A stretch of DNA of 40,039 bases from an uncultured Rhodobacterales bacterium (GTDB taxonomy: Bacteria; Pseudomonadota; Alphaproteobacteria; Rhodobacterales; Rhodobacteraceae), in the NCBI GenBank assembly GCA_964351135.1, contig CAYGNB010000001.1, positions 1 through 40,039 of the forward strand, written 5' to 3'. The translations under genes and the position numbers were made by a program. The notes beneath the pieces are model-generated. The model ran no database searches and had not been told where the DNA came from. It saw only the letters and a program-made list of their open reading frames with translations. How positions within the stretch are numbered: position 1 is the stretch's first letter; each line of letters opens with the position of its first letter. This document shows positions 17,792 to 26,699 of this stretch, one piece after another.

Positions 17792-18459
17792 CGGGTCAAA
17801 ACCTCGCGAAACTCCAGCTTGATCCGAGACACCCGGCTTGAAGAATACGATGGGTTGCCTGCTGTATCCTCGATGACCTCGAACCGACCGCGCGGCTGCA
17901 ACCGGATCACGTCACCAACCGCAATGTCGGATCGCAGGGGCATTTGAATGTCCAGATCATAGATATTGCCAGCCACGTTGGTCACAAACGTTACCACGAA
18001 CGGCCAATCGTCATGGCTCAGGATCATGCCGGGAACGGGCGTTATGCTCGCATCGTTCGCGTTGATCCTGACCCTCGTATCGCCAATTTCAGCCGTCCGA
18101 TGCGCGAACAGCGCCGGGATATACTCCCATCCGTATCCGCTCGAAAACGGCTCGTTGTTGGAAAACGGAATGCCCGTTGGGTGCGATTGCGTCGGCGTGA
18201 AACTCAGCGGATCGCACATGTCCACGATGTAGATGCCACGCCGACCCTGCGCGCGCGCGCGCAATGCCCGCCAAGTCAGGATTTCCGCCCCCTTGATGAA
18301 ATACTCCGGCGATCCGATCCACCGGGGGAATGCGTTGTAGACAACCTGGGTGTTGCCATCAGTCTGCTCACCGCTCGGCTGTCCGCGCCAATCAATGTCC
18401 CAACTCATGTTGAGTTTCATCGCGAAGTCGCGCGGCAGGGTTACGATAGGTCGTTCCAT
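17788..18459 (-). CDS. Distal tail protein
   Basis: Directly after the tape measure gene; GR..DP and PLR motifs. Confidence 0.7.
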   Translation of the reverse strand: MERPIVTLPRDFAMKLNMSWDIDWRGQPSGEQTDGNTQVVYNAFPRWIGSPEYFIKGAEILTWRALRARAQGRRGIYIVDMCDPLSFTPTQSHPTGIPFSNNEPFSSGYGWEYIPALFAHRTAEIGDTRVRINANDASITPVPGMILSHDDWPFVVTFVTNVAGNIYDLDIQMPLRSDIAVGDVIRLQPRGRFEVIEDTAGNPSYSSSRVSRIKLEFREVLTR

Positions 18460-18461
18460 TA

Positions 18462-20354
18462 TCAGCCCTGACGTGACGTGAAGTTCTTCAGGTTCGATGC
18501 GGTTTTTCGGTCCTGCGCGCCCATGATTACCGGGGCGGCACGCGCGACAACGTTGCCGCTGATCCGCTCAACCGCCGCCTGCCAGTTGCCGTTTTCGTCC
18601 ACATACACCCGCACATCCATGTTCCCGCCGCCGCCCTGCGACTGAACCCCGAGCTTTCCGTTTGCCGTGCGAGTCAAGGGCATGATCGCCTCCGGCCCCG
18701 CCTCACCCATCAGGCCGGTTCCGCCGCGCATCGGGAACATGGTTGGGCTGGACACAACGCCACCGTTTGCAAACGGGGTCACGCGACCGCCCTGAAAAGC
18801 GTTACCTTTGGCGTTCGCAAATAGCCCACCAAAGAAGTTGCCTAAGAAGCCTCCACCGACAAGGCTCTTGAAGGCGGATTGCGCGGCCAGCCTCGCCAGA
18901 TCGGCAAGGAGCGACTGGACAACCTCACGACCGCTACCAGCCCCCGTTACCAGCGCGGTGAAGGCACTTTCAAAACTGCTTTCAATGCGTTTTCCGACGC
19001 CTTCCGCAGCATTGGCGGTTTCGTTCAGCGCGGCAATGGCGCGGTCCCGGACCTCAGAGGTAACGACCTGCGGGAATCTCCGGTGAAGTTCCTCGATCCG
19101 CTCCAATTCAGCGGCGTATTTCTCTGCTGATGTTCGGGTTCTCTCGAAAAGCTGTTCCGCCTCACGCAATCCGGGATCAATGCGGGCACCGCCGCCACCA
19201 CCTCTACGCGTGCGCCGGGACGGCTCCGAAGCCGGAGCCGACGGCGGCAACAATTCCGAGCCGGAAATCCCCTGCCGGAAAAGCGGGGTTCCGGTTGTGG
19301 TGTTGGCCAGTTCCGCCGCAGCCTTTCGACCCTGCGTGATTGCCTGCGAAAATGCGGCATATGCCATGGCAGCTGTCTGCGCGATGTTGGCAAAGACACC
19401 ATCAAGCTGCGCGCCCTCTTTCGCAGCCTGAGACAGCGCAAGGGAAATCTGACGTACCGCATCCGCCGCAGCTTCCGGGCCATCCGCATTTCGCATCGCC
19501 TCAAGCGCCTCAACGATCCTGTATGCCTGCGCCGAGGTTAGCCCGAAATCCTCCTGCAATTTTTGCAGGCTGGCGCTTACCTTGCTCTCCATCGCGGCGA
19601 TTTCCGAGGGCAGAAACTCCGCGAAATTGTCGGAGTTCGCATCACGCGCAGAGAGAAGTTCGCGCCGCGCATCCGCGAAATCCCGCAGTTGAGTTTCCAG
19701 ACCGGACAACTCATCGCCAGCCGCAGCGATTGAATCCTGAACCGAGTTCAGCGCGCGTTGCTGGTTGACCGCGACCAGTTCAAGATAAACCTCGCGGATC
19801 GCTGCAGCGTTCTCGCCGTACTGATCGGTCAAGTCGCTCATGGACATCATGCCGATTTTGGCGGCGCTATCCATATCACCAAGCGCCTTGTTCAGGTCGC
19901 CCATGATATCCGACAAGCTGCGCCCTTCATCGGACGCAGACAGGAGCGCAGCGGCAACGGGAATACCCAAAGCCGCGACCGTACCCAGGAGCGGGCCGAC
20001 AAGACCAAGCGCGCCACCCAAAGCGCCGAAACCTCCGAGCATCTGCGGCAACTGCTGACCCATCGCCTTCATGGCAGATGTGCCGCCGCCGATCTGGACC
20101 GCCATGTCTCCGATCTGGTTTGCGGTGTTCTGGATGACAAAACGACCGCGACCGGAGACATTGGTGATCCGCTCAAGACCGGTTGCCGCTCGGTTGGCAT
20201 TGGCCGCGATGCGATCCCCGCCCCGCTGCCACGCCCTTTCAGCGCCGACTGCCGCCTTTTCAGCAGCCTTGCGGCCCGCCTCCATTTGTCGCTCGAACTT
20301 CCGAAGGCTCGCCTCCATTCGAACGATAAGGGCGTCTTCGACCTCGCCAGCCAT
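18462..20354 (-). CDS. Tail tape measure protein
   Basis: QIGDMAVQ..QQLPQM (lambda-family N-terminus); FANGGVV..GLMGEAGPEAIMPL. Confidence 0.92.
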   Translation of the reverse strand: MAGEVEDALIVRMEASLRKFERQMEAGRKAAEKAAVGAERAWQRGGDRIAANANRAATGLERITNVSGRGRFVIQNTANQIGDMAVQIGGGTSAMKAMGQQLPQMLGGFGALGGALGLVGPLLGTVAALGIPVAAALLSASDEGRSLSDIMGDLNKALGDMDSAAKIGMMSMSDLTDQYGENAAAIREVYLELVAVNQQRALNSVQDSIAAAGDELSGLETQLRDFADARRELLSARDANSDNFAEFLPSEIAAMESKVSASLQKLQEDFGLTSAQAYRIVEALEAMRNADGPEAAADAVRQISLALSQAAKEGAQLDGVFANIAQTAAMAYAAFSQAITQGRKAAAELANTTTGTPLFRQGISGSELLPPSAPASEPSRRTRRGGGGGARIDPGLREAEQLFERTRTSAEKYAAELERIEELHRRFPQVVTSEVRDRAIAALNETANAAEGVGKRIESSFESAFTALVTGAGSGREVVQSLLADLARLAAQSAFKSLVGGGFLGNFFGGLFANAKGNAFQGGRVTPFANGGVVSSPTMFPMRGGTGLMGEAGPEAIMPLTRTANGKLGVQSQGGGGNMDVRVYVDENGNWQAAVERISGNVVARAAPVIMGAQDRKTASNLKNFTSRQG

Positions 20355-20884
20355 TACTTCACGGCCTCCGGTTCATACCGGTTCAGAATATCCATGAACT
20401 CTTCCTCGGTGATGTGGTCGGCTTTGGTATTGGATGCGACATTGAAACCGCGAACCATGTTGATGAAGTCGGCGTAACTCATGGCCCGCAGGTCTTGCGG
20501 CGACATGTTGAACTCCCGACAAATCTGGCTGACCTCGGAGAACTTGATTTGCTGTGGTTCGGCTTTCTCGCCGTCCTCGGATTCCTCGACCCCAACCATC
20601 AGGCAGGCCAGAATTTCAGCGGCAACAGACGCGTTTTCCGCATAGGGTCGGGTATCGAAATGGGCCAGCATCAGCCGCTTAGCGTCGATGATCGACATGC
20701 CCCCGCCGATCAGGGCAAGGCGAAGCGTCTGGTACACATCAGACACCTTATAGTCGCCGCCAGCGACGCGCATGAAGATCGTGCCGATGGGGTCGCCCGT
20801 GGCTTCCTCAAGGTCCATGACGCGCCCGAAATCGAGCCGGAAAAGACGCTCCTTCCCGGCCCAATATGCAACAACCTCACGCAT
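20354..20884 (-). CDS. Tail assembly chaperone (GTA-gp10-like), G and T parts in a single frame
   Basis: WAG..FRL..LE..LRLALIGGGM followed in frame by FNMSPQDLRAMS. Confidence 0.8.
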   Translation of the reverse strand: MREVVAYWAGKERLFRLDFGRVMDLEEATGDPIGTIFMRVAGGDYKVSDVYQTLRLALIGGGMSIIDAKRLMLAHFDTRPYAENASVAAEILACLMVGVEESEDGEKAEPQQIKFSEVSQICREFNMSPQDLRAMSYADFINMVRGFNVASNTKADHITEEEFMDILNRYEPEAVK

Positions 20885-21330
20885 CAGACGGCGTCGGTCC
20901 AGACGCGCTGACCTGCGCCCGAGATGGACACGCTGAACGTCACCTTGCCGCCGCTTTCCTTACCGAGTTCAAGCTGCTGGCAGTACGCGGGCAGGGTCCA
21001 ATACCCACCGTTGTTCGCTGCGCTCTCATCCAGGTTGATGCGGATGTTCTTTTCCGACGCGGTGTCGGCCCACTCACGCCATGTCGGCCAAGCCTCGGTG
21101 GTCACCATGCCACTGATCGTCACGCTGGTATCCTGCGTTTCCATGTATCGCACGATAGACGCCGGAACGTCGAGCGGGTTATCACAATCCAGCGCGGAGT
21201 TCTCGCCAAGATTGTTGGTAAGCGTGACACCGAACGTATTGGCGCCACAGGTAAAACCAAATGTCTCGGTTGGTGACCCACCATCACCAAGCTGAATTAC
21301 CATCCGTGTTGTTTCATTTCCCGTCGGCAT
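20884..21330 (-). CDS. Major tail tube protein (TP901-1/GTA-like family)
   Basis: IQLGDGGSPTETF..CG..DCDNP. Confidence 0.88.
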   Translation of the reverse strand: MPTGNETTRMVIQLGDGGSPTETFGFTCGANTFGVTLTNNLGENSALDCDNPLDVPASIVRYMETQDTSVTISGMVTTEAWPTWREWADTASEKNIRINLDESAANNGGYWTLPAYCQQLELGKESGGKVTFSVSISGAGQRVWTDAV

Positions 21331-21331
21331 A

Positions 21332-21493
21332 TCAGACTCCTTGTTTTGACGGTTTCACTGCTTCTGCCTTGCCATCCGCGATCATTTTTTCGGCGGTGGC
21401 ACGCGGCACGTTGACTTCGCTTCCAGCCTTGAAGTCTTGCGAAAGGCCAGATGAGACGCGATGGTGCGTGTCAGTTAGAATTCTGATTTTCAT
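21332..21493 (-). CDS. Small basic protein, 53 aa (MKIRILTDTHHRVSS..MIADGKAEAVK)
   Basis: Translated by hand; its 3' end carries the tail tube RBS (GGAG). Confidence 0.7.
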   Translation of the reverse strand: MKIRILTDTHHRVSSGLSQDFKAGSEVNVPRATAEKMIADGKAEAVKPSKQGV

Positions 21494-21505
21494 GAGGTGC
21501 CTAAT

Positions 21506-21787
21506 ATGCGTTATCTGGTTATCGCCGCGATATTCATGGCGTCATTCGCTCTCGCGTCGGGGGATGTCGAAAATCCGGCGTGTGACGGCTGGTCAATTGA
21601 TCGGACAAATCTTGAGACCCTGATCACTGCTCAGGCAGAACTCCGAGACGCTTTGAAGGACGTTGATGTGTCAAATCCAGCAAGCCCACTTGCACAAGAA
21701 CTTGTCTACGCCATGTCCTTGATCCTTAAAGGTGCAAACGAAGCAGTAGACGTTACCGGCCAAATTCACAGTCAGGTCTGCCCTTAA
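21506..21787 (+). CDS. Secreted helical protein inverted within the tail operon (moron)
   Basis: GAGGTG RBS; signal peptide MRYLVIAAIFMASFALA; two Cys. Confidence 0.75.
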   Translation: MRYLVIAAIFMASFALASGDVENPACDGWSIDRTNLETLITAQAELRDALKDVDVSNPASPLAQELVYAMSLILKGANEAVDVTGQIHSQVCP

Positions 21788-22188
21788 GAATTTTTGATTG
21801 CCTTGCTGATCGCCCGCGATATGCGGGACTTCACCCGGCGCCGACGCGCGCGCCACACGGGGAAAAAAAACGGATTGGCTGGCATGTTAACCGTGCCAAA
21901 CTCCTGAAACTTGGCATAGAAGGCGTCACTGCCGCCCGCGTAGATCGTGATACGCATTGCGCCGTATTCGGCTTTACCGACCTTGCCGATTATCAGGGTT
22001 CCCGCCGGAGCATCGCCCCACGTCCAGCCGATAGAAGCCTGCAAATCACCATCCTCATAAGGCGCGCGGCTCTGCATCTCCTCAACGATGTCGTTTGCGG
22101 CCTCCTCCATCGCATGACGCACGTTGATGCGGGCGTTTTTCGGAATGGCCTTCCAGCGACGATTGAACTTGTCGAGACCCTGAACCAT
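21784..22188 (-). CDS. HK97 gp10-like tail completion protein
   Basis: AP..GDL..SI; FYAKFQEFGT..MPANPFFFP. Confidence 0.9.
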   Translation of the reverse strand: MVQGLDKFNRRWKAIPKNARINVRHAMEEAANDIVEEMQSRAPYEDGDLQASIGWTWGDAPAGTLIIGKVGKAEYGAMRITIYAGGSDAFYAKFQEFGTVNMPANPFFFPVWRARRRRVKSRISRAISKAIKNS

Positions 22189-22592
22189 CAGTTTTCCTCA
22201 AGTTCAGCCGACACCGTAACCACACCGTGCGCGGTGATCCCGTCGCGATCCATGAACACGCGCTGACCGACAACCCTGATAACCACAAGGGCGTTTACAG
22301 CCAGTTCAATATCGACCAGATGCAAAGCGCCTTTGACCGCATCCATGATTTCCTTGCACGGCCACTTGCGGCCATGATCACGCGACCAAACATCAAGCTG
22401 GATTGTCTCTGTCCGAGCGGTAATGCACTCCATGTCGTTGGGCACAACGTCAGTCGGTCCAAATGTGATGCAGGGGAATTCACGGTTAGCCGGTGAATCG
22501 TCGTAAACCCGGTTGCCTATCAGCGCACCAACGGCAGCATCCGATATGAGCCTGTTGTAAATCGCCTCCTGAAACTCTCGGGATACGCTCAT
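22188..22592 (-). CDS. Tail terminator (DUF3168/SPP1 gp17-like)
   Basis: RVYD..FP..IQLDVWS..DG.T.HG. Confidence 0.88.
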   Translation of the reverse strand: MSVSREFQEAIYNRLISDAAVGALIGNRVYDDSPANREFPCITFGPTDVVPNDMECITARTETIQLDVWSRDHGRKWPCKEIMDAVKGALHLVDIELAVNALVVIRVVGQRVFMDRDGITAHGVVTVSAELEEN

Positions 22593-22924
22593 ACCGCGGC
22601 ACCACTTTCCGCGAGGAATTGGACATATCGCCGATCTGGCGTGATTTCGCGTGACCGGATGTTGAATGTTTCGCCCGTCCGGGTGTCCACAATCGACCAA
22701 TCCAATCCAACCCGACGAGAATCGTTGCTGGACCAGACTGTGATCACTGTGGGCTGTCGCCCCTCAAGCCGCGCCGCCTGAACAGCCTCCGATCCACGCA
22801 ACCGTTGATAGCCCGCACGATAGGTAAACTCTTCCCTCCACCCGTAGGTTGTTCCACCCAACCCATCCGGAGCTGCGACGGGGCGGCGGAACGTGACGCG
22901 CTCGATCAATAGTTCAGACGTCAT
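22589..22924 (-). CDS. Head closure/stopper protein (SPP1 gp16-like)
   Basis: RVTF..DGLGG..W..GSE..A.RL. Confidence 0.88.
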   Translation of the reverse strand: MTSELLIERVTFRRPVAAPDGLGGTTYGWREEFTYRAGYQRLRGSEAVQAARLEGRQPTVITVWSSNDSRRVGLDWSIVDTRTGETFNIRSREITPDRRYVQFLAESGAAV

Positions 22925-22978
22925 TAGCAGAACACTCGCCTATATGATGTAGAAAATTCGCCATACCTCAAACCCATC

Positions 22979-23137
22979 TCAAGAAGGATCTTCGGATTTT
23001 CCCTTTTTCGCGGAGGGCTTTTTAACAGCACCCGCCGCGATCAGCATATTCGCCCGAACCTCGGGGCAATCCAGCTTGTCGTTTTTTTCGAACAAAAGAC
23101 CGCCGTAGTTGTGCGATTTGGTGAATTCAACAATCAT
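22979..23137 (-). CDS. Small basic protein (MIVEFTKSH..LIAAGAV)
   Basis: ATGA coupling to the connector gene. Confidence 0.6.
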   Translation of the reverse strand: MIVEFTKSHNYGGLLFEKNDKLDCPEVRANMLIAAGAVKKPSAKKGKSEDPS

Positions 23138-23646
23138 ATTCCTGACCTCCGGAACGGCGCAGCCTGAAAGGCCACGATTTCCTTGAATTTTTTCTGATCG
23201 ATTTCGACACCCTTTGTGTAAAAGGTTCGCGCAATGAAATATCCCAAATCGCAGATGCCCTCCGGAACATCTGGCGCGTCCCACCCCGATGAGTAGGAAA
23301 CCGTGATATTTTTTGCCGGTGAGGGCCATTTTTCACCGTAGTTCAACACAAGGCGACCATCATTGACGGTGTAAATTGAGCCAAGCGTTTGCGTGTTTTC
23401 GCTCGCATCGAGATAGGTCACGATTACATCCGAGACCACATCGGGCCATTCAAGGCAAACCGCGCTGAACGACGAAAAATGTTCCGTGAATGATTTCTTG
23501 ATTACCTGCCGCTGCAAAATGCCGTTTTCCGGGTCTCCGAGATAACTCTCTGCCGCATCGAGCCGTTTGCTCAATTCAAAATCATCATCCGAAAATCCAA
23601 CGTGAAGCATCAGTTTGAATTTCGAAAGAATCAGGTAATCCGACAT
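23134..23646 (-). CDS. Head-tail connector (HK97 gp6-like)
   Basis: K..LHV..DD..AAE; V.Y..G..VP. Confidence 0.85.
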   Translation of the reverse strand: MSDYLILSKFKLMLHVGFSDDDFELSKRLDAAESYLGDPENGILQRQVIKKSFTEHFSSFSAVCLEWPDVVSDVIVTYLDASENTQTLGSIYTVNDGRLVLNYGEKWPSPAKNITVSYSSGWDAPDVPEGICDLGYFIARTFYTKGVEIDQKKFKEIVAFQAAPFRRSGI

Positions 23647-23667
23647 GATTTAACCTCTGCGATTGAG

Positions 23668-23687
23668 GGGGCGACCGAAGCCGCCCC
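23668..23687 (-). terminator. C(UUCG)G hairpin after the capsid gene (leaky terminator or mRNA stabiliser)
   Basis: GGGGCGGC-TTCG-GTCGCCCC; no strong U-tract. Confidence 0.65.
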
Positions 23688-23694
23688 GCCCGGA

Positions 23695-24882
23695 TCAGAC
23701 CGCGTTGTGATAGACGAACGCTTCCGGTCGCGAGACTTCCAGCGCAAGGCGCTTTTCAAACAGGATCGTGACCATGTTTTCCGAAAAATTGTCGCCATCC
23801 TCGGTCGATGCCATCACGGTCATACCCATGCGGTCCCAAATCTGCGCGCCAAGCGAGAACGCCCCAACGAGGAAATCGCCAGCGGTGATGCTGTCCGACA
23901 ATACAACCGGCAGGCCCCACAGTCGCGGAACCGCACCAGTTGTCACCGACGAGTAGAGGTACGATCCCTGCGTGTCCTTGAGCAGTTCGATTTCTGCCCA
24001 ATCCTGCGGATTCAGGACGATACCAGACGCCGGATACAGCGCCTGACGAACCTGCAATTTGGCAACCCGGATGTCGTCCACCATCGTCGCCGGGGTGTAG
24101 CCGGTGATGGTAGTGGCGTCATACGCGGTGGCCTGCGGCAGCAGACCGTGGAGGTTCGGAGCCGTGCCGTTGCCGGTCAGGAGTTGCGCCTCCTCAACCA
24201 AATTGAGGCCATAGCGTCCGCGCCCGTCGATGTAGGAGCGCAGCATCGGAGCATCGTCCAGAATTTCCATCGACGCCCTGAAACGATGCGCAATTTTCTG
24301 CACCGGAGTTACAACCTCCTCGAACGTGATATCCGACAGAGGCTTGAGCGCACCCTCCGCAGTCGGAGCCGCCGAGTTGGTGAACCCCGCCTCCCTGATG
24401 GTGCGGATCGAGTTGCTGGACGTGCTGCCCGCCGGAATCAAGCTTCGAATGCGCAGTTCCTGCGTTGCGGGATAGGTAAATCCGCCAGACTGTTCTGGAA
24501 CCAGAACCGAACGAGTCACACCGGTCGCGAGGTTGTCCGCGTTGGTGATGTCCTTCATTTCCAGAACGATCTTTGTCGGCGATGCCGTGGTCGCATTGGC
24601 CTTGAATTCATCGCTCTCGATAAACCGCTGACCCAGAGATTTGGCCTCGACCTGCGACAGCGCGCGGGAAATTTTCTTTTCCTGCGCGTCGATTGCCGAC
24701 GTCAACTTTTCGATATCAGCGGTCGATTGGTCGATCCGGCCCTTGATGTCGGTCGCATCCTCCTCCGATTTGGTTTTCAGGTGATCGATTTGCTCGGCAA
24801 GAGCATTGGACTTGCTGTCGCGCTCCTCAAGCATACCTTTCAACTCGCCCCGAAGGGCGTCGGTCAGTTCTTTGATTTCCAT
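23695..24882 (-). CDS. Major capsid protein, HK97 fold with N-terminal delta domain
   Basis: EGALKP; EEAQLLTGNG; LNPQDW..LKD..G.Y; LWGLPVV; RPEAF. Confidence 0.97.
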   Translation of the reverse strand: MEIKELTDALRGELKGMLEERDSKSNALAEQIDHLKTKSEEDATDIKGRIDQSTADIEKLTSAIDAQEKKISRALSQVEAKSLGQRFIESDEFKANATTASPTKIVLEMKDITNADNLATGVTRSVLVPEQSGGFTYPATQELRIRSLIPAGSTSSNSIRTIREAGFTNSAAPTAEGALKPLSDITFEEVVTPVQKIAHRFRASMEILDDAPMLRSYIDGRGRYGLNLVEEAQLLTGNGTAPNLHGLLPQATAYDATTITGYTPATMVDDIRVAKLQVRQALYPASGIVLNPQDWAEIELLKDTQGSYLYSSVTTGAVPRLWGLPVVLSDSITAGDFLVGAFSLGAQIWDRMGMTVMASTEDGDNFSENMVTILFEKRLALEVSRPEAFVYHNAV

Positions 24883-24915
24883 AGCTAAAAGCTCCATCTA
24901 TGGTAAAAGCAGTCG

Positions 24916-24933
24916 CCTGCACGGCGGTGCAGG
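24916..24933 (-). other. 7-bp-stem hairpin upstream of the capsid RBS
   Basis: CCTGCAC-4 nt-GTGCAGG. Confidence 0.5.
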
Positions 24934-24943
24934 AAACGAGGCT

Positions 24944-25561
24944 CTACAGCCCGCGAATTGCGCTCTGAATCACACTCAAAAGCGCGGCGTGGTCCGGAGC
25001 CTCGCGCTCCATACGGACCCTGGCGACTGCCGCAGCGGCGGCCTTCGCTTCATCCGCCGAAAACTCTGCCTCACGCATAAGATTTTCGACAAACCTCTTC
25101 AAAATTGCCGGATTTTCGGCGTCGATAGATTTCACCGACGTAACGATTGCCTCCGGTAGCATCGGAAATGTGACGAATGACACCTCCCACAAATCCAGTT
25201 TTCGCAGCTCTCGCCCCTGCTGAGTTTTTACAGCGTCCTGTGTTCGGTATCCGATAGACATGCCATCGAGCGCGCCAAACTCAAGGTTGGAATGAACGTC
25301 CTTACCGAGGCTGTGTTGAAGATTTATCCTTCCCTCGACGTAAAGGCCCGTATCATCCTCCTCGACCACATCCCAGACGCCGACAAGCTGCGAGGGATCG
25401 TGCTGAAACAGCATTTTCGGTTTGCGAGCGTCGGCAAATGCACCCTTCACGACGATATCGCCGCCATTATCCTTGACCCCGAATTTTGACGCGTAGCCCG
25501 AGACCTTTCCTTTCTGGTCAATTTCCGCGTCAAGTGGTGAGAATTTGCGCTGGAGCTTCAT
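24944..25561 (-). CDS. Prohead maturation protease (HK97 family)
   Basis: GYASKFG..D..GD..GAF; MLFQHD; GMSIGY; LWEVSFVTFP. Confidence 0.95.
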   Translation of the reverse strand: MKLQRKFSPLDAEIDQKGKVSGYASKFGVKDNGGDIVVKGAFADARKPKMLFQHDPSQLVGVWDVVEEDDTGLYVEGRINLQHSLGKDVHSNLEFGALDGMSIGYRTQDAVKTQQGRELRKLDLWEVSFVTFPMLPEAIVTSVKSIDAENPAILKRFVENLMREAEFSADEAKAAAAAVARVRMEREAPDHAALLSVIQSAIRGL

Positions 25562-26699
25562 TTTGCCCCTCCTGGTTTGCAGCCCAATAATCATCACCCA
25601 TTTCGGGCAGATTGAACGGGGATTTTCCCTGTCTGACCTCATCCTCGGTCATCCACGGTTTGTTGCCGCCAGAGCCGAGAGCGCGGGCGTATATCTCTGC
25701 CCGAACCTGCGGAGTTGTTCGCATGAGGGCGTTTTCATCAAAATTCGGAACACCGCGCCGCCCCTTGAACAGCGAACGCCGCAGCGCGGCCTCCCATCGC
25801 GTGATCCACGGGGCCATTGTGTTCGCCTGATGAAACAGCATCACATCCGCCACCGCCCCCTGCGCGCCCGATCCGGCGGTCTGCATCAGGTAGTAGGGAT
25901 GTACACCGTACATCCGCGCGATTTCCTCGATCTGAAATTTCATTGTCTCGATCAACTGCTGATCCGATGATGTCTGGACCAACTGCTGAAATTTGCCGCC
26001 CATATCGACAACCGCGATGCCGCTTTTGCCGAACTGCTCAGACCATGCCCGCTTCAACTTCTGAACGCTGCCCGTGCCATGCCCCTCCTCAACGAACAGG
26101 ACGCCATACGGTGCCTTGGTGTCCGCGAACTGTGCCTGACGCTCCTGCAATCGTCGCGTCAGACCCAGAACACGCCCGCAGGTCTGCGTGACATTCAGAC
26201 CCGCCATCAAATCCCAACGAGGCGAACTAATTTCCAGAATATCATCGCGTGTGAAATCGCCGTACACGCCCTCCTGCTCAATACTCACCGGCAGGACATA
26301 CTCACCATTCCTGAACACCCAAGAGCCGCACCAGTCAGGGACGAGCGGGATCAGTTCAACAGGTAAATTCAGCGCATTCCGACGGATGTACGCCCGCCCC
26401 GTCCCTGAGTATAACGCGTGGAGCGTCAGCGCTTCCTTGAACTCAACGCCGGTCATCAATTCGTTTGGCTCATCATTGATCAGCCGAACGAGGTCCGGTG
26501 CATCAGGCCCCTCGACCCTGAGAGGCAACATCCCCATGCCGCCCGCAACAACGAACCCGGCCCGCAGAGCCGCCGAAACAGTTGAAAATTCCCGCGACCC
26601 AAACTCACCGATGCCGCGATAAAATATGCGATCTTCCTTTTCGGTGATACCGAGGTCCTTTTTCTCGGACGGGCGCAGAAAACGAGGTATGATATTCAT
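25530..26699 (-). CDS. Portal protein (HK97 family)
   Basis: PN..MT..EF; QIEEIARMYGV.P; WMT..EVR. Confidence 0.95.
   Translation of the reverse strand: MNIIPRFLRPSEKKDLGITEKEDRIFYRGIGEFGSREFSTVSAALRAGFVVAGGMGMLPLRVEGPDAPDLVRLINDEPNELMTGVEFKEALTLHALYSGTGRAYIRRNALNLPVELIPLVPDWCGSWVFRNGEYVLPVSIEQEGVYGDFTRDDILEISSPRWDLMAGLNVTQTCGRVLGLTRRLQERQAQFADTKAPYGVLFVEEGHGTGSVQKLKRAWSEQFGKSGIAVVDMGGKFQQLVQTSSDQQLIETMKFQIEEIARMYGVHPYYLMQTAGSGAQGAVADVMLFHQANTMAPWITRWEAALRRSLFKGRRGVPNFDENALMRTTPQVRAEIYARALGSGGNKPWMTEDEVRQGKSPFNLPEMGDDYWAANQEGQNEAPAQILTT

Noticed and set aside
14675-22924. Gene transfer agent cluster
   Set aside because: GTA-like tail genes sit in a full phage with cos-type HNH, replication, immunity and lysis modules
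23602-24888. 428-aa plus-strand ORF
   Set aside because: Antisense shadow of the capsid gene
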